Assembly: GCA_950097015.1 (NCBI GenBank)
Contig: CATNEN010000038.1
Coordinates: 2,046,001 to 2,110,000 of the forward strand
Origin: Macrostomum hystrix
Lineage: Eukaryota; Animalia; Platyhelminthes
Direction: 5' to 3'
DNA: 64,000 bases
Shown piece by piece: positions 49,201 through 61,671 of the stretch. Positions within the stretch are counted from its first letter, which is position 1. Each line of letters opens with the position of its first letter. The position numbers and the translations under genes were made by a program. Under the pieces are notes generated by a model, which did not search any database, was not told where the DNA came from, and saw only the letters and a list, made by a program, of their open reading frames with translations.

Positions 49201-52200
49201 CACGCAGAGCAGAGTGATAGCCAAAAATGGCAAATTGAATTTGGCTATCTGAGTGTACTTCACGGAAATGTAGCTCGGATATTTTTCTGAACTTCTTCTC
49301 TGTGCTCAAATCATTCTTGGAATCGATCAGAAGATCATGCAAGCTGATCGACAGCAGATTTTCCAGAAATGGTAGTCGACTGACTTTCACCATAAAATCG
49401 CGGCAGTCTCTAAGATTTATGAAATCGTTGCTCGTCGAGATCGAAAAGTTATATGAAAGATGCTCAAAAAATTCGGTCCGGATGAACACTCGAAAAGGAG
49501 GCAAACAATAGTAGTTTAAACCATTTGCTTTAATACGATCTTCTGTATAATGTATTTTATTCAATTTCTCATTTTTTAGAATTAGAGAGATGTAAAGATC
49601 CGGCATAGCACCAAAAACGTGGCCCAGGGCGATTTCAGTTACTTCCTTCCGAAACCGGTTTCCGACATTGTTGAAATGTTGGCAATATAGATAGTCGTAA
49701 ATATCCGGCAAGCAGAGACGAAATTCTTTCAAAATCTAAAATATATTAGTTAGTAATTATATACAAGAACGCATTTAAATGGTTTAATGAACTAAGAGTC
49801 TTAAAAACGGGCTTTCAATCCCACTTATGAATACAAGTGATAATATAGGCGTTAACCGACTGTTTAGATTAGCATTTAACAGTAAAATATATATAAATTT
49901 AACGAATTATCAAATTTCATTTTTGCCTGTTGATGAATATGAAATGCTGAATGGTCGCTATTTTGCCTGATGCCTGAGTTATTGAGCACACTTATATGTT
50001 CATGACACATAATACTTTCATGTACCGCCTACAATTGTAGGCCATAACTCAAACCATTTAACGTAAGTATAAGTTTTAGCAAAAATCATTAATTAACAGA
50101 CCTTTGAAAGGTATATATTTAAACACTCAGATATTTAGCCCTTATGATTATCTAAACCATAAATATTCCTTTGTCACTGCTAGCAGGTAACGACAGATAA
50201 AAATTGTCTAACGTGATTGTGATAGATGAATATCATTCGCTAGCTACTGCGGCTAGCAGCCTCGTACTTACATATTTCTCCTGATCACAAGTTGCCAATT
50301 TCTGCAGCTCTGATTCACTCAAAAACGTAGGCAACATCTGCAATTTTTTTATTTACAAAACTAGTGAAAGTAACTAAACAAATGTAATCACCTAAAATAT
50401 TTACACTATTAGTATTACTATTTAAGCACCAGCAACTAAGTTAAGTGTTTGACTGTACATTTTGTAATTCCTTATTGATTACACCTGACCTAATCGGGCC
50501 AGATGAGCAGCCGACAGCGCAGCCGCAGCTATGGCGCGGCGCATCTGAAGGCTGCATACGGCTGTTAAGTCCATGGACTGGGGGACGCAACACACCCTTA
50601 ATTACATCAGAAAATGCTGACCAGTACTCAATTTACAGCTGGGTGAGCTAAAGCAATTCAGAGTTTTGTGTCTTGCTAAAGGACGCTGTGTACCAACAGG
50701 GTCGGGAATCGAACTTCCGACCTTAAAGTCGTAAGTCCGACGCTCTAACCACTAGGCTACAACCCCTACGTTTGACTTTAGCATCTGAAATATACTAATA
50801 ATAAATACTATCAATACTATCAATACTTAACACCATTGCCATCAAGTAAAACGACAACATTTTTTACGTCGGTTTCAGGTCACTCAGCAATCAAATGGGT
50901 ATCAGCATAAGATGGCATAGAAACTTGAGTATGTGACTAACCCTTTGTCCATAGAATTAACAGCTGCACGCAACACTGCGTAATACCTGCGGCTGTGCCA
51001 CTGTTTGTAAATCTTCAGACTGGAGAACTTATTTATGTGCATACGATGTTACGTAATGAGGCGGAGCAACAATTTCATAAATTTTGTCTTAATAAGTGTT
51101 TTTGCCAACATAAAATGCCCATTCAACTCACCAATGGTTCAAGTAAACTTTCTTTTGTATCGATGACAGAGGGAATGCCCTTAACGTTTTGAGCTAAACG
51201 ATCAGCATCAGACAAATCACATGGTTTCATGGCAGCAGCTGCTGCATGGAGCACTGCAGTCTTCGCTTTCGTTTTGACTGGCATCGATATCGACTGATCG
51301 ATCTGAAACATCGTGTCTTGGGAAGCGAGTTTTCCTTCTGTTTCAATCTCAGATTTGGCATGGGTAGCCGTAGGCCTAGCAGAAGGATCCATAATGGAGC
51401 ATTCCAAACTGTTAGGTTCTCTGGGAATGTTCCCAGATGAGTCAGAAAAACGAATTGCAGATGACTGCTCAAATGATAGATTCATAGTAACTGTAGAAAC
51501 CGGAATTGCTTTAAGTTCTGAAGCAACTGCAGCGTCATCAGGCAACGATGGCATAGCCACTAAACTGCTGACAGTGCAAGGATCATTTGAGCTTTCTGAA
51601 AATTCTGCAGTGCATTGATTTGCTTCATCCAATTGAATAATTTGGCTGACATTGGCTTGTAGACTCTCAGGATGAGGTGACTTACTAAAAAGTTTAAATA
51701 ATAATTAAAATTTTACTGGCAAGAATTAGATGTATTTAACAAGAAGCTTTTTAAGTAGAAAGAACTCAAAAAAGTACTTACACAAACTTTTTGATGGCTT
51801 TCATCAAAGATTTGAAGTATTCTTGTTCAAAATGTATTCTAAAGAAAGTCGATTTCTTTATTGCTTTATTGACTGTTGTCAGCCATTCAGACAAACAATT
51901 AGGTTCTTTGTCAATCAAACTCTTCAGTCTCTGCAGCTCTCCTGGAGAGCATACTTGGATATTCAGGACAATGTGGCCGTATTGCTGAAAGTCATTCTCG
52001 GAATCAGATTCACTACTGTCTGAGTCAGATTCAGTATCGGAGCTTGGCTTGATATCGATTGCTAGAAGTTTTCCAACTAGATTGTGATTGAGAAGTTCTT
52101 GTAGGGCATCTCTCTTAGCATTGATGGTTTTGTGCAGCTTAGAAAGTTCCGAGTTTTTAAGACCAAACACGATGGTTTCATTTTGCTTGTATGGAACTAA

Positions 52201-55200
52201 AATAGTAAAAAAAAGAAATGCAATGTATATAATGTATAGAAATGTATATAAATAGACCTGTATGTATATATTTTTGAGCTAATAAATTTCAACATTAATA
52301 GTCTAGATGTAATAGTTTCACAGTTTTTATAACAAAAAGAAAAGACTGTAAAAGTAAACTGTAGTTTATGCATTTTTTGTTATCATTCTGTTATTATCTT
52401 TATATTCTAGGTTAAGGTTAGGTCATTGTGGTATAGCTTGTACTTTAGTGCTTTGATCTATTTTTTTCATGAGACAAAATTCCACAAATCCAGTTTAGTG
52501 CCAGCCAGGTGAGCTAGCATAACCATTTCAGATTTATCTGCCTGACCTGAAAGCACCTGTCAATCAGGATGTGACCTGGCAAGAGTCCTAGGCCACCCTA
52601 CAATAGCGCACCTGGAGCTCAAGACATGCCACATCTCTAATGAATAACTAAACAACCTAAACCTAGGGCTAAAACCACTAGTTGACAGCAACCTTGGCTG
52701 GCCCATTAAATTGGGTAGGGGTTACACTGACAGGTTACAATATATATTTAGACCATTTTCACTCTCTTCTTTCACTGTCTACTCTTGAATTTCTGATATT
52801 ATTATCATTGCACATGGCTTTGCTATATATAATCTATATATATAAAAGTGAAAACTCTGTCTGTCTGTGTGTGTGTGTGTGTGCAACCTTTTGTCTTTAT
52901 AGACGCCGAAACCGCTCAACCAAATCGCACCAAACTTTGCACATACCTAAAACCACCTACGCTGAGTGCAATAGGCTACTCAAATTCCCGAAAAATCATT
53001 TCCTTCCTGCTCAAAAGTGCAAAAAACTGCTCAAAAATCGTCAAAAAATCACTCAATTTGACATATCGTCGCCCCACTTTGTCAGATTTTCTCCAAATTT
53101 GATCCACTTACACTTTACATGTTTTCCAACAATGCTGTCAATTTTGAACATCTCTACTCAATCCAGAGCAAAGCTGCATCATCTCAAAGTGAGTCACTTT
53201 TTGTTTTCCGAGGACAGCCACCCCAACTCCCCTCCGCCACTCTGCGGGCCAAATTTTATTACAGCCACCCCCTCCCTTCCCCGGGCGCCGAAGCCCCGCA
53301 CTGTACATTGTATTTCAAGCCGTGAATGTACACAGCCCAAACCCCTAGACTGTCTACTGGCCCCCAAGCAGCACTGAGACTGAGTGCGGTGAGTGCGGTG
53401 GCGTCCCAGTGCGCAGGGCGATATTTCTCTCCAGCCAGCCTGGGATAGAAGAAAGAGAGAGGCTGGCGATCAACTGATGGGTGGTGTCACTCTGCTGCTG
53501 TCTGGAGACTTTAGACAGACGCTGCCTGTGATTCCGCGTGGCACTCCTGCTGATGAGATTAATGCTTGCCTAAAATCATCTCACCTGTGGCCATCGGTTG
53601 TGAAGTTGCACCTACGAACAAACATGAGAGCTACAATTCAAGGAGACGAAACAGCTCATGAGTTCTCTGCCAATCTATTGCGAATCGGCAATGGTCTGCT
53701 GGAGATTAGCACCGAGGATGGGCAGTCATCGATCGCTACAATCGGAACCATTGTGCAGTCAGTGCAGGAGCTCAAGGCAAAAGTTTACCCGAACCTGATG
53801 GTTCGATATGCTGACGTTGACTGGCTGTCAGAGAGGGCAATTCTGTGTCCTAGAAATGATGCCGCCAACGAAATTAACTACCAACTGCTTCAGGAGTTGC
53901 CAGGTGCAGTTTTCACCTACAAGTCAATTGATACAACGTTGACTGATGACACCGCTGTGGAGTATCCTGTTGAGTTTCTGAACTCTCTAGATCCTCCTGG
54001 AACTCCATCGCACAACTTGCAGCTGAAAGTTGGGGCACCAATTATGCTCCTCCGCAACCTGAATGCGCCAAGGCTGTGTAACGGCACCAGACTGATAGTC
54101 AGGCGGCTCTTCCCACACGTGATTGAGGCCACGATAATGACTGGATCTGGCAGAGGAGAGTCTGTGTTCGTTCCCCGGATTCCAATTATCCCCACGGACC
54201 TGCCATTTCAGTTCAAGCGACTGCAGTTCCCTGTGAGAGTGTGCTTTGCGATGACTATTAACAAGGCTCAGGGACAGTCGCTGAAGGTGGCTGGCATCAA
54301 CCTGGAGACTCCTTGCTTCTCGCATGGGCAGCTTTATGTCGCCTGCTCCCGTGTTGGAACTCCAGCTGGCCTATTCATTTTCGCACCAAGGGGAAGAACG
54401 AAGAATGTGCTGTATCCCCAGGCCTTGAGGTGACTCGCAAGCAATTAATAGAAAAGTAGTCACGAATTGACCTTGACCTGTCTAACTCTGAACTCTGAAA
54501 CAGTTTAATTTTGTTTCTTTGACATTGTTATTGTTATGCCATGGCTATTTTCCTTATGTATACGCGTGTACATGCATACTGTATACAGAGGCAGATTTAG
54601 GGGGGGCGGGGGGGGGGGGGCAGTCGCCCCCCTAAATTTTAATCATATGAATAAGATGCCCCCACTAGGGGCGCCAGTCGCAGCACTGGCGCCCCTTTTC
54701 GGCCGCTGGCGCCCCTTTTTCAGCCGCTGGCTCCCGTTTTTCAGCCGCTGGCGCCCTTTCTTGGCTCCTGGCGCCCTTTTTCGGCCGCTGGCACCCCCTC
54801 TGTGATTCTCATGGCGCTCCCCTGACAGACCGCCCCAAAACAAAATTCCTGGATCTGCCACTGACTGTATAGAGGAGTGGCTAAGAGACATGTTTCTAAA
54901 GAAGTAATCAAGAGGGGGCTGTTTGGACAAACTTTTCACTTATTTTTTACTTAAAACGCCCTTAAACAAACTCTTCACTTTTCATTAATGCAGTAAATAA
55001 ATAAATGGTGACCTTCACTATAAAGTTAATACAGAGACGTGAATTGCTTACTGCTTTGCTTTAAATTTCTGCCCCAAAAACAACGGGCAAAAAAAGCTAG
55101 TTATTGTATATTACAAAGGGCAAAGATTCTGCAGATCAAGAAGCCTATGACCCAAACTAGTCTCTACTTTAATCCTACTTGCCCAACCAAAGTTGCAAGA

Positions 55201-57833
55201 TTTTTGGTACTGACCACCTTGAGGAATAATTTATAGCATGCAGGGTCTAAACTTTTTAAAAACAAGCTCAACAGAGCTTGAGGTTCTGTTTTGTATCCTA
55301 TCCCAATTATGAGGATCTTAAGCTAGGCCTAATATATATTATACAATGCCCTTTATTTATTATATAATATGATTTTTGGGCCTTTGCTGGAACAACAGAC
55401 CAACAGCATCCTAAGTTGTAGATTAGGGGTAGGATTGGACAAGTTTAGGAGATTATATATTTTGAACAACTAATTATCATTGCATTATGCCTATATTGAT
55501 CAGTTGACAGTCATTTTGTCTGTCCGTTTTTATCTGCCAATATACAATATAGTCGTTTCATCTGCCAATATATGATATAGTCCATTTATCTGCTAATGTA
55601 GGGATTAGTGGGAAAACTAATTATGTAATAAAGCTTCATATTGAAATGTTATGTAAATGTGTTACTATTTATAATTTTTGATTTTTCTGAAAGATTTGGA
55701 GCTTATAAGCAGCCTATAAATACACAAAACTGGAACCAAAAACATTGTCATTTCCAAACATTGCCAATGGTCTGTCACACTGTCACACTGAATGGCATGC
55801 TGCCTAGCTGTAAAAACATCATGACAAAGAACATAATCATCCATAAAAGCTAAAGCTAAAACCAAAAAGACTAAAAAATTATTCTTAAAAGACTGTTTCA
55901 TTCTAATAATATTTTTATGAATGGTGTTAAAAACCAAAATCAAATTAAATTAAAATTAAAATTAAATAAACATTTAACATCATAAATTATTCACTTTCTG
56001 TAATGAAAGACATTTTTAGAAAAATTTGTTCTTTAAGTTCTCATCCTTTTTTTAAATAGGCCTTGTCATTTTGTTTGCCAGCAGACAAACAGGTGGCAGA
56101 CAAAATGACCATCACCTATTGATTACCTTGATCTTGAGCAAGAGTTGTGTATATTTGCCAGACCTGTGCTTTTGTTCTGTAGTGTCAGTTTGTTTGTCCT
56201 TCTACCTCCCTATGTTATTATTCAGTGCTTATTGTATATTTTTAGATGCATGTGTTTTTATAGCTAACAGTCACCCAAGCCAAGCTGGGCCAGACCAGCT
56301 AGGGGAGCAGACACCCACAGCCCTGCAAGAGCTACCCCTGGGCTACAGTCCCAGCCAATCAGCGAATGACCCAGCCTCACTACCTGTCAATCCTTGGCAA
56401 GAAGTCACCCTGGGGCTCGGAATGGTGGTTGGGAGTCTACTGTGATTTGTTGCCTTGGCTCAAGCTATAGCCAGGAATCCACCTCGCCAATCAACCTAAT
56501 TTATGACTCTATAAAAGGAAGCATGTTTTTGCTGTAAGTTTTTATCATTATCTCTAATTCGCCTCACACTGTGAGAACCATGTGCACTTGGTTTTGTCTC
56601 ACCCTGCCCAACCACACCATGCTCTGCTTGCATGTATTGTGTCTAAACCTCAGTTAGGTAGCTTTTGGCTTTATGCATCTTAAGAGTGTGCCACTGACAA
56701 GGGTGGTCTAGATATGCACTTATTGTCAAAGATAGTACTTGCTCTCTTTGGAGACTGCCATCAGGCAGAAGGAGTGCGAACCAATAGGATCTATTGGGGC
56801 AGTGCTGAAAGCAAAGACAACGGGAGCCTCACAGGATGAGTAGGGAGAGGATTAGGCTGGCCACTAGTAAAATTGGTAAAATTATTATATCCAATTTCTT
56901 TGGACCAAAATTTGCTTATCACTGTGAGTGCACTACAATTGCTTTCCGTGCGAATATCCTCATTCTATTGGTATAATTTTTTAATCAAGTTGATCAAGTA
57001 AACAAGAGTCAAATCAATTCCCATTCTTATCTAGAGTCAGCAAGTCACAAAAAACTGATTAAATCACTCCCAATCAAATTATTCAAGTCTTTGTGTTCAT
57101 ACTGTGTTATTCTTTTTTCTCTTTGGGAGATTTGCTAGGCTGGAGAATGACACGTGGGTCTTATCACTTATCTATTCTGCTTTGCTTGCTACCCCAGTCT
57201 CTATTGCTATTTTTTTAGATTTCCCCGGCTGCTATTGAACTGATTGTGATTGGTAGAACACCAACCCTGGTAAATAGTTAATAGTTGCTAGCTTTAAGTT
57301 CCTCATGTTCCAGCTAGGACATTCATTTTATTACAGTTCTATCTGCAAACAAACATTTGTTGAACTGTTTAAATTTATAATTAGGCCTAGGCCTATCAAT
57401 TTGTGAGTACTAAAAAATATCAACGTAGATCTGGCTTTAGAGCCTAATTTATTTGGCAAGAGCAAATCAATCTTATAAATCTGAATATATGAGGGAGTAT
57501 GTTAAGCAAAATTATACGAACTATACAAAAAATTATTTTTAATGTGCAAAAATTCAAAAATTTGCTTTACTGCATATTTCTGTTAGGCCCTATAAATTGT
57601 TTGTTTTTTGGGCAAATAGGCATAAGTACAGAAATTTTGGAAGGAGAAAAGTAACTTGTAATTTAATGACAAGTTCAAATATAACAATCATAAAGTGTAA
57701 TGCTTAGGGGGCCTAAGCTCCTAAAACATATAGAAGTGAATACTAAGGAGTAAGAGAGAAAAACAAGCACAATGTATTGAATTTACTCACTAATCTGAAG
57801 TTTAGCTGACAAACCACCACTCTCGGAAGCCAT
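34235..57833 (-). CDS. RNF213/mysterin-like giant dynein-related AAA+ ATPase, ~4,900 aa; exons 57833-57791, 52196-51782, 51684-51132, 50337-50272 (tentative), 49735-47721, 46666-35761, 35390-34731, 34297-34235
   Basis: RNF213 motifs VPVLIMGETGCGKTSL, FLDEINT, YRVHPLP, IPVFLVGKPGCSKSL, DEIGLAE...PLKVLHSLLE, ISNWALDPAKMNR, PPFLNRFEK. All junctions GT-AG and phase-consistent. AATAAA lies ~100 nt past the stop. Extra micro-exons at 50.8-51.0 kb are possible. Confidence 0.9.
35761..46666 (-). CDS. 10.9-kb single coding exon of the RNF213-like gene (AAA ring and C-terminal region)
   Basis: Uninterrupted 3666-aa ORF; acceptor tag|T GAC at 46666, donor ACG|gtaagg at 35761. Confidence 0.93.
46970..47115 (+). 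mobile_element. DNA-transposon (hAT-like) end remnant in RNF213-like intron
   Basis: CAGTGTTGGGCGCGTTAC start with repeated GTAAC/GTTAC subterminal motifs; no partner TIR found. Confidence 0.45.
50481..50765 (-). mobile_element. tRNA-derived SINE family A with CORE-like central domain
   Basis: GGGTTGTAGCCTAGTGGTT...AGTTCGATTCCC head followed by GTCCTTTAGCAAGACAC...CTCACCCAGCTGTAAATTGAG; tail shared with 8590-8690. Confidence 0.8.
53468..54433 (+). pseudogene. Helitron PIF1-family helicase C-terminal half
   Basis: GGVTLLLSGDFRQTLPVI (motif III), LRTNMR, RAILCPRN, AMTINKAQGQSL, HGQLYVACSRV; lacks Rep and Walker A/B. Confidence 0.9.
54586..54863. mobile_element. hAT-type MITE nested in Helitron copy 2
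   Basis: TIRs CAGAGGCAGATTT / GGATCTGCCACTG; perfect 8-bp TSD ACTGTATA at 54578-54585 and 54864-54871. Confidence 0.9.
56370..57300 (+). repeat. Old dispersed repeat, homologous to 58610-59580
   Basis: Shared blocks CTACCTGTCA, TCAGTTAGGTAGCT, GTGGTCTAG..TTGTCAAAG, TATTGAACTGATT in the same order. Confidence 0.6.
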
Positions 57834-58609
57834 CAGGCAAATGTGATTGAAGAACAAAAAAATTTATATGTATAGAAAGAAAGCTACATCAGATCGCATA
57901 AACAGCCTTTCATATTAGAAAGTTCAGGACTTCGCGCTAATCGCCTATTCTGAGGCTGAGGGGCTGTGGTACAGACCAAGGTTCTTCTAGTGGTCCTTGG
58001 AACTGACACGAGCGAGTTATATTAATCAGATCCTAATTAAAAGTTCACTTTTTTAGAGTTGACATCTTAAAAATAAGCGAGAAGTTTTACAGTTTAAAAA
58101 CGTTCGGCTTACATGCAGATTTTCGTTTTACAACTAGCAAAACAAAAAGTTTCTAACCGAATGACAACGCTACCAAATAAAAAGTAGTTTGCTCATTAAA
58201 TTTTCAATAGGAAAAAAGAAAACATATTTTTCTCTATTTTTTGTTTTGTTATGCACTGATCATTTACACGTGTTAGTTGAAAGTGAGTTAGTTCACTGCA
58301 GCATTTTAGGAAGGATGAAAAACAAATAGTGCATCCTGCTGCCGAGCAACTTTTGACTCACGGCTCTGAACCTAAAGTAAAAGGGTATCAGAATTCAGTC
58401 TCTTCGGGATCCCAATGCAGTATTAGTTTAGCTTTCTTGGTGTAGTGTCAGCATCTTTTGGTCGGATAGTCCCTGTTGTTGTATTTTCCGCGTTTAGATC
58501 GTGTGTAGTCAATAGCTTTTATTGTAAATGTGTTTTTTAATATTTTTTTCTGTGTAGTTTAAAATAATTTAAGGTAAGCAGGTGGGCAGATCGAGACGCT
58601 AAACCACCC

Positions 58610-59580
58610 CGCCAACTCTACCTGTCACCGCGACCTGCCGATTGCAGATTGCAACGGCCGGCCTCGCTGATTTACTACCGGCAAGAAGACCACCCGAGGG
58701 CTTGGGCTATATAGACAGATGCCGCAGGTCTACTGCGATTCCACCAAATCAAGCATGAGAGCCCCACTCTAACGTCCGTGAGATTGCCCAGTCTTGATTT
58801 ATTCCAACCGTTCCCGGCCCGACCATGATTATAGCTGCAGGCCGTTGTCAGTTAGGTAGCTCTCTGCGTTCCGCGTTTGGATAGTGTGCTGCCAGTCAAA
58901 AGTGGTCTAGGATAAGGCGCCTGTTGTCAAAGTCAGTAATATTATAAGTGCTCTCTTCGGCGATTCCGCCGTCTGGCAGGAGTGTTAACCGATAGGATAT
59001 GTGTCGGAGCAGCGTCAAAAGCGCAGGCAGCAGCTGCAGCCACATGCCACAATTTATATGCCGCACAATTTATGCTGACGAGACTGTGTCTCGTCCGCAG
59101 AGCCCCGGTTTAGGCCAGTTAGGTAAAACCTAAACTTTTCCCACTTTGTCTTAACAAAGTTCTCGATCGGTTATCTAGCTAAACATGCGCTAATCTTTTA
59201 ATCTTTCCTGAAAAACAATAATTTGAGTCATGTGTTTGTTAATCTAATCGGCGAGTAAACAATCGTTTTGCTCTGCAAATTAAATATATCCGACATCATG
59301 TTACAGTCTTGTTAATTATTTATCTAATATAAGTGGGAGCTCAGGATTGTTGCAAGTGTCTGCATCAACTTTCCCTAATTCGATTAACATCGATATTCAT
59401 CCAAGGACCCCTATAGTAGTTAGCCACTTTAGTAGCCCTGACTACCTGTCACTGACCTGCAGATTGCAGATTGCAACCCGCAATTCATTTCACTTGTATT
59501 CATGCCCAAACCTCTGCTACTATTGAACTGATTTGTATAGGACAACGGTGAGTAGGCACCTAGCACCTAGCATTAAATCC
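58610..59580 (+). repeat. Dispersed repeat copy upstream of the RNF213-like gene, with internal direct repeat
   Basis: Homology to 56370-57300; CTACCTGTCAC..GACCTGC.GATTGCAGATTGCAAC occurs at ~58618 and ~59442. Confidence 0.6.
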
Positions 59581-60759
59581 TCTTGCGCTTCAAGGTAGGT
59601 TTGTCTAGGGCTATTTTTCTAATATGTATTACACTGGGATCAATATAATCAATTATCAATGACAAATCGATGTGGCGCCCCCTGTTAGTGGGGCCCCCTC
59701 TGGTAGTGGGGCCCTCTACTGCAGTGGAGCAGCCCGTGCGGTTAGAGCCCATGCATCAGGCTTAAGGGTGTTAGAGGGCGCACCCCTGGGCGTGCCGCGG
59801 CACCCACTGTAGTATAGTGGTGCCCTAAGATTTAGCGCGACCCCCTAGTCAAAATCCTGGCTATAACGCCACTATTCCCCATGGTTATTGTATACTTGAA
59901 CAATTACTAAAAGTTCATAACAAAATGTTCTGCGGCATATAAGGGGAGAGGACGTATTGACAGTGCAAGAGAGAGATGAGATCGTATGCTTATACCAAGG
60001 ACAACTAATTAAAAAACATCTTATGATATATAAGGTTGTCCTAATTGGTGCATACCCACCTATAGATCAGGGCACTACGCGTATATATTCTCACATTATT
60101 GGTTGTTAATTAGTTTACTAAGAAATACTACGCAAATGAGATACCTAAGTAACAAAAAAGCTTTTTAACAGTGAATCATGCTGATTTAGTCCCCGGTAAA
60201 GTGTGATTGGGCATCGCAACCCGGGATTAGCCCGCCGTTTTTCCACGATGACTACGAGTATATTAATCATATACAGACTAAGTAGACCATTGGGATCTGG
60301 ATGCGGGCTCAAACGCTTCATGACTACTTGTTTGCGGGAACCCGAAATTTCCGCGTCAGAGACGTCCGCGTCAGATGATACATGTCTGGATCAGTTAATC
60401 GGTAATTTCTCTGTCGTTTAGGTGAGTCGGCTATCGAATTGTTAAAGCACACATAGAAACTCATGTGTACGTTATTGCTTTCAACTCACCTAACACTTTC
60501 GTTGCTGGCCCTCTAATAAGCTCAAGTAATCGGGGGAAAGTCGGCGTTGAAAGAGGACTCAGTTGACTACCGGCCTGCTGGTGGACTGCAGAAGTGGAGA
60601 CCCGATTCGCTCAACGAACCTGCAAAGTCAACACCGCACTGGGAGCGGTCACTGGTCTCGTCCTGCCCATCTTCATTGTGTCGGGCCTGACTTAGAATTA
60701 GCGGCAGGGAGCCTCCATGACGGACGCAGCGAGGAGGCGGCTGATGCCGCCCATATCGC

Positions 60760-61670
60760 TAACCCCTGGCAGTTGTGTCGGGCCTCTTCTTTAACAGCCT
60801 CGTCGTTTATATCAACCTGTTCAGAGAGGCTGTATGGACTCGACAGAATCTGCACAGCATGATCGCCATGGCTGACAACTGCAAAATCTTCATGAACGGC
60901 TTCATGTGGATGTTCCTGGCCAAGGGGCTGCTCTGGCTGAGCAACGGGACCGTGGGCTGCTTTCATCTCAACAGCTCCGAACTGGCTTGCAAGATAGTCA
61001 GTTACTTTGAAGGCCTGTGCATCGGCATGTCCGCATTCTATTCCTGCTGATGATGACTTACAGACCTCTGACCCTGTACTTTCCATTCCAGTTTCAAGTA
61101 ATTGGGGGAAAGTCGGCGTTGAAAGCCAGTCTGGCTGTACTCCTGGTCTGTATTCTCTTCGCAATGCCCAGGGTCGGTGCGTACAGCTGGGTCTACAGCG
61201 ACGGTTTCGTTGTCTGCTGCATCAACTACGAAACTGAACCCAGCTGGGCCAACATGGCCAACGTCTACTTCTCTGGCATGTTTTTCTATCTGTCAACTCT
61301 CCAACTGGTTATCATACTGGTTGGCAACTTTTACCTCATCCGCAAGGTGAGGATGATTTTAAAGAAGCACAAGTCCATCAGGGTAGATGTAGCAGCCGAT
61401 GAAAGTCTGGCGAACACCACCATCTGCGTGACTGTGTCCGCTGTCCTGCTGATGTCCTCGCTGCCTGTTGCGGTGTCCTGCTGTGTGGAGTACGACGCCA
61501 TGTCTTTGGTCAATCCGAACATCAGCAGCCAAACTTTCGGCATTCTGTGGGGCTTCGACGATCTCGGCATGACGCTGATCATGATGAACCAGTCCATCAA
61601 TTGGATGTTTCTGGTGTGGAAAAGCCAACTGTCTATGGTATTTTGTCTATGGCATATAATACTACAGTAA
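60760..61670 (+). pseudogene. Class A (rhodopsin-like) GPCR, frameshifted pseudogene
   Basis: Hydrophobic TM segments with GLFFNSL (TM1), IAMAD (TM2), ACKIVSY (TM3), YRPLTLYFP, SLP (TM6), NQSINWMF (TM7); frameshift near 61040. Confidence 0.72.
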
Positions 61671-61671
61671 T

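Larger units (their letters stand above)
52833..55100 (+). mobile_element. Non-autonomous Helitron, copy 2, in intron 1 of the RNF213-like gene
   Basis: A|TCTATATATATAAAAG...TGCCCCAAAAACAACGGGCA hairpin...CTAG|T; (GTCT)n(GT)n near the 5' end. Confidence 0.94.

Noticed and set aside
50695-50765. tRNA gene (also 8715-8795 and 33230-33300)
   Set aside because: A and B boxes are present, but each continues into a shared repeat body and no convincing complete cloverleaf was seen; these are SINE heads.
53393-54433. Host PIF1 helicase gene
   Set aside because: No Walker A/B, no ATG start, and enclosed by Helitron TC...CTAG termini in two copies.
59672-59875. Complete GC-rich hAT MITE
   Set aside because: Only a right-end-like motif (AAATCCTGGCTATAACGCCACTA) is visible; no matching left TIR or TSD.
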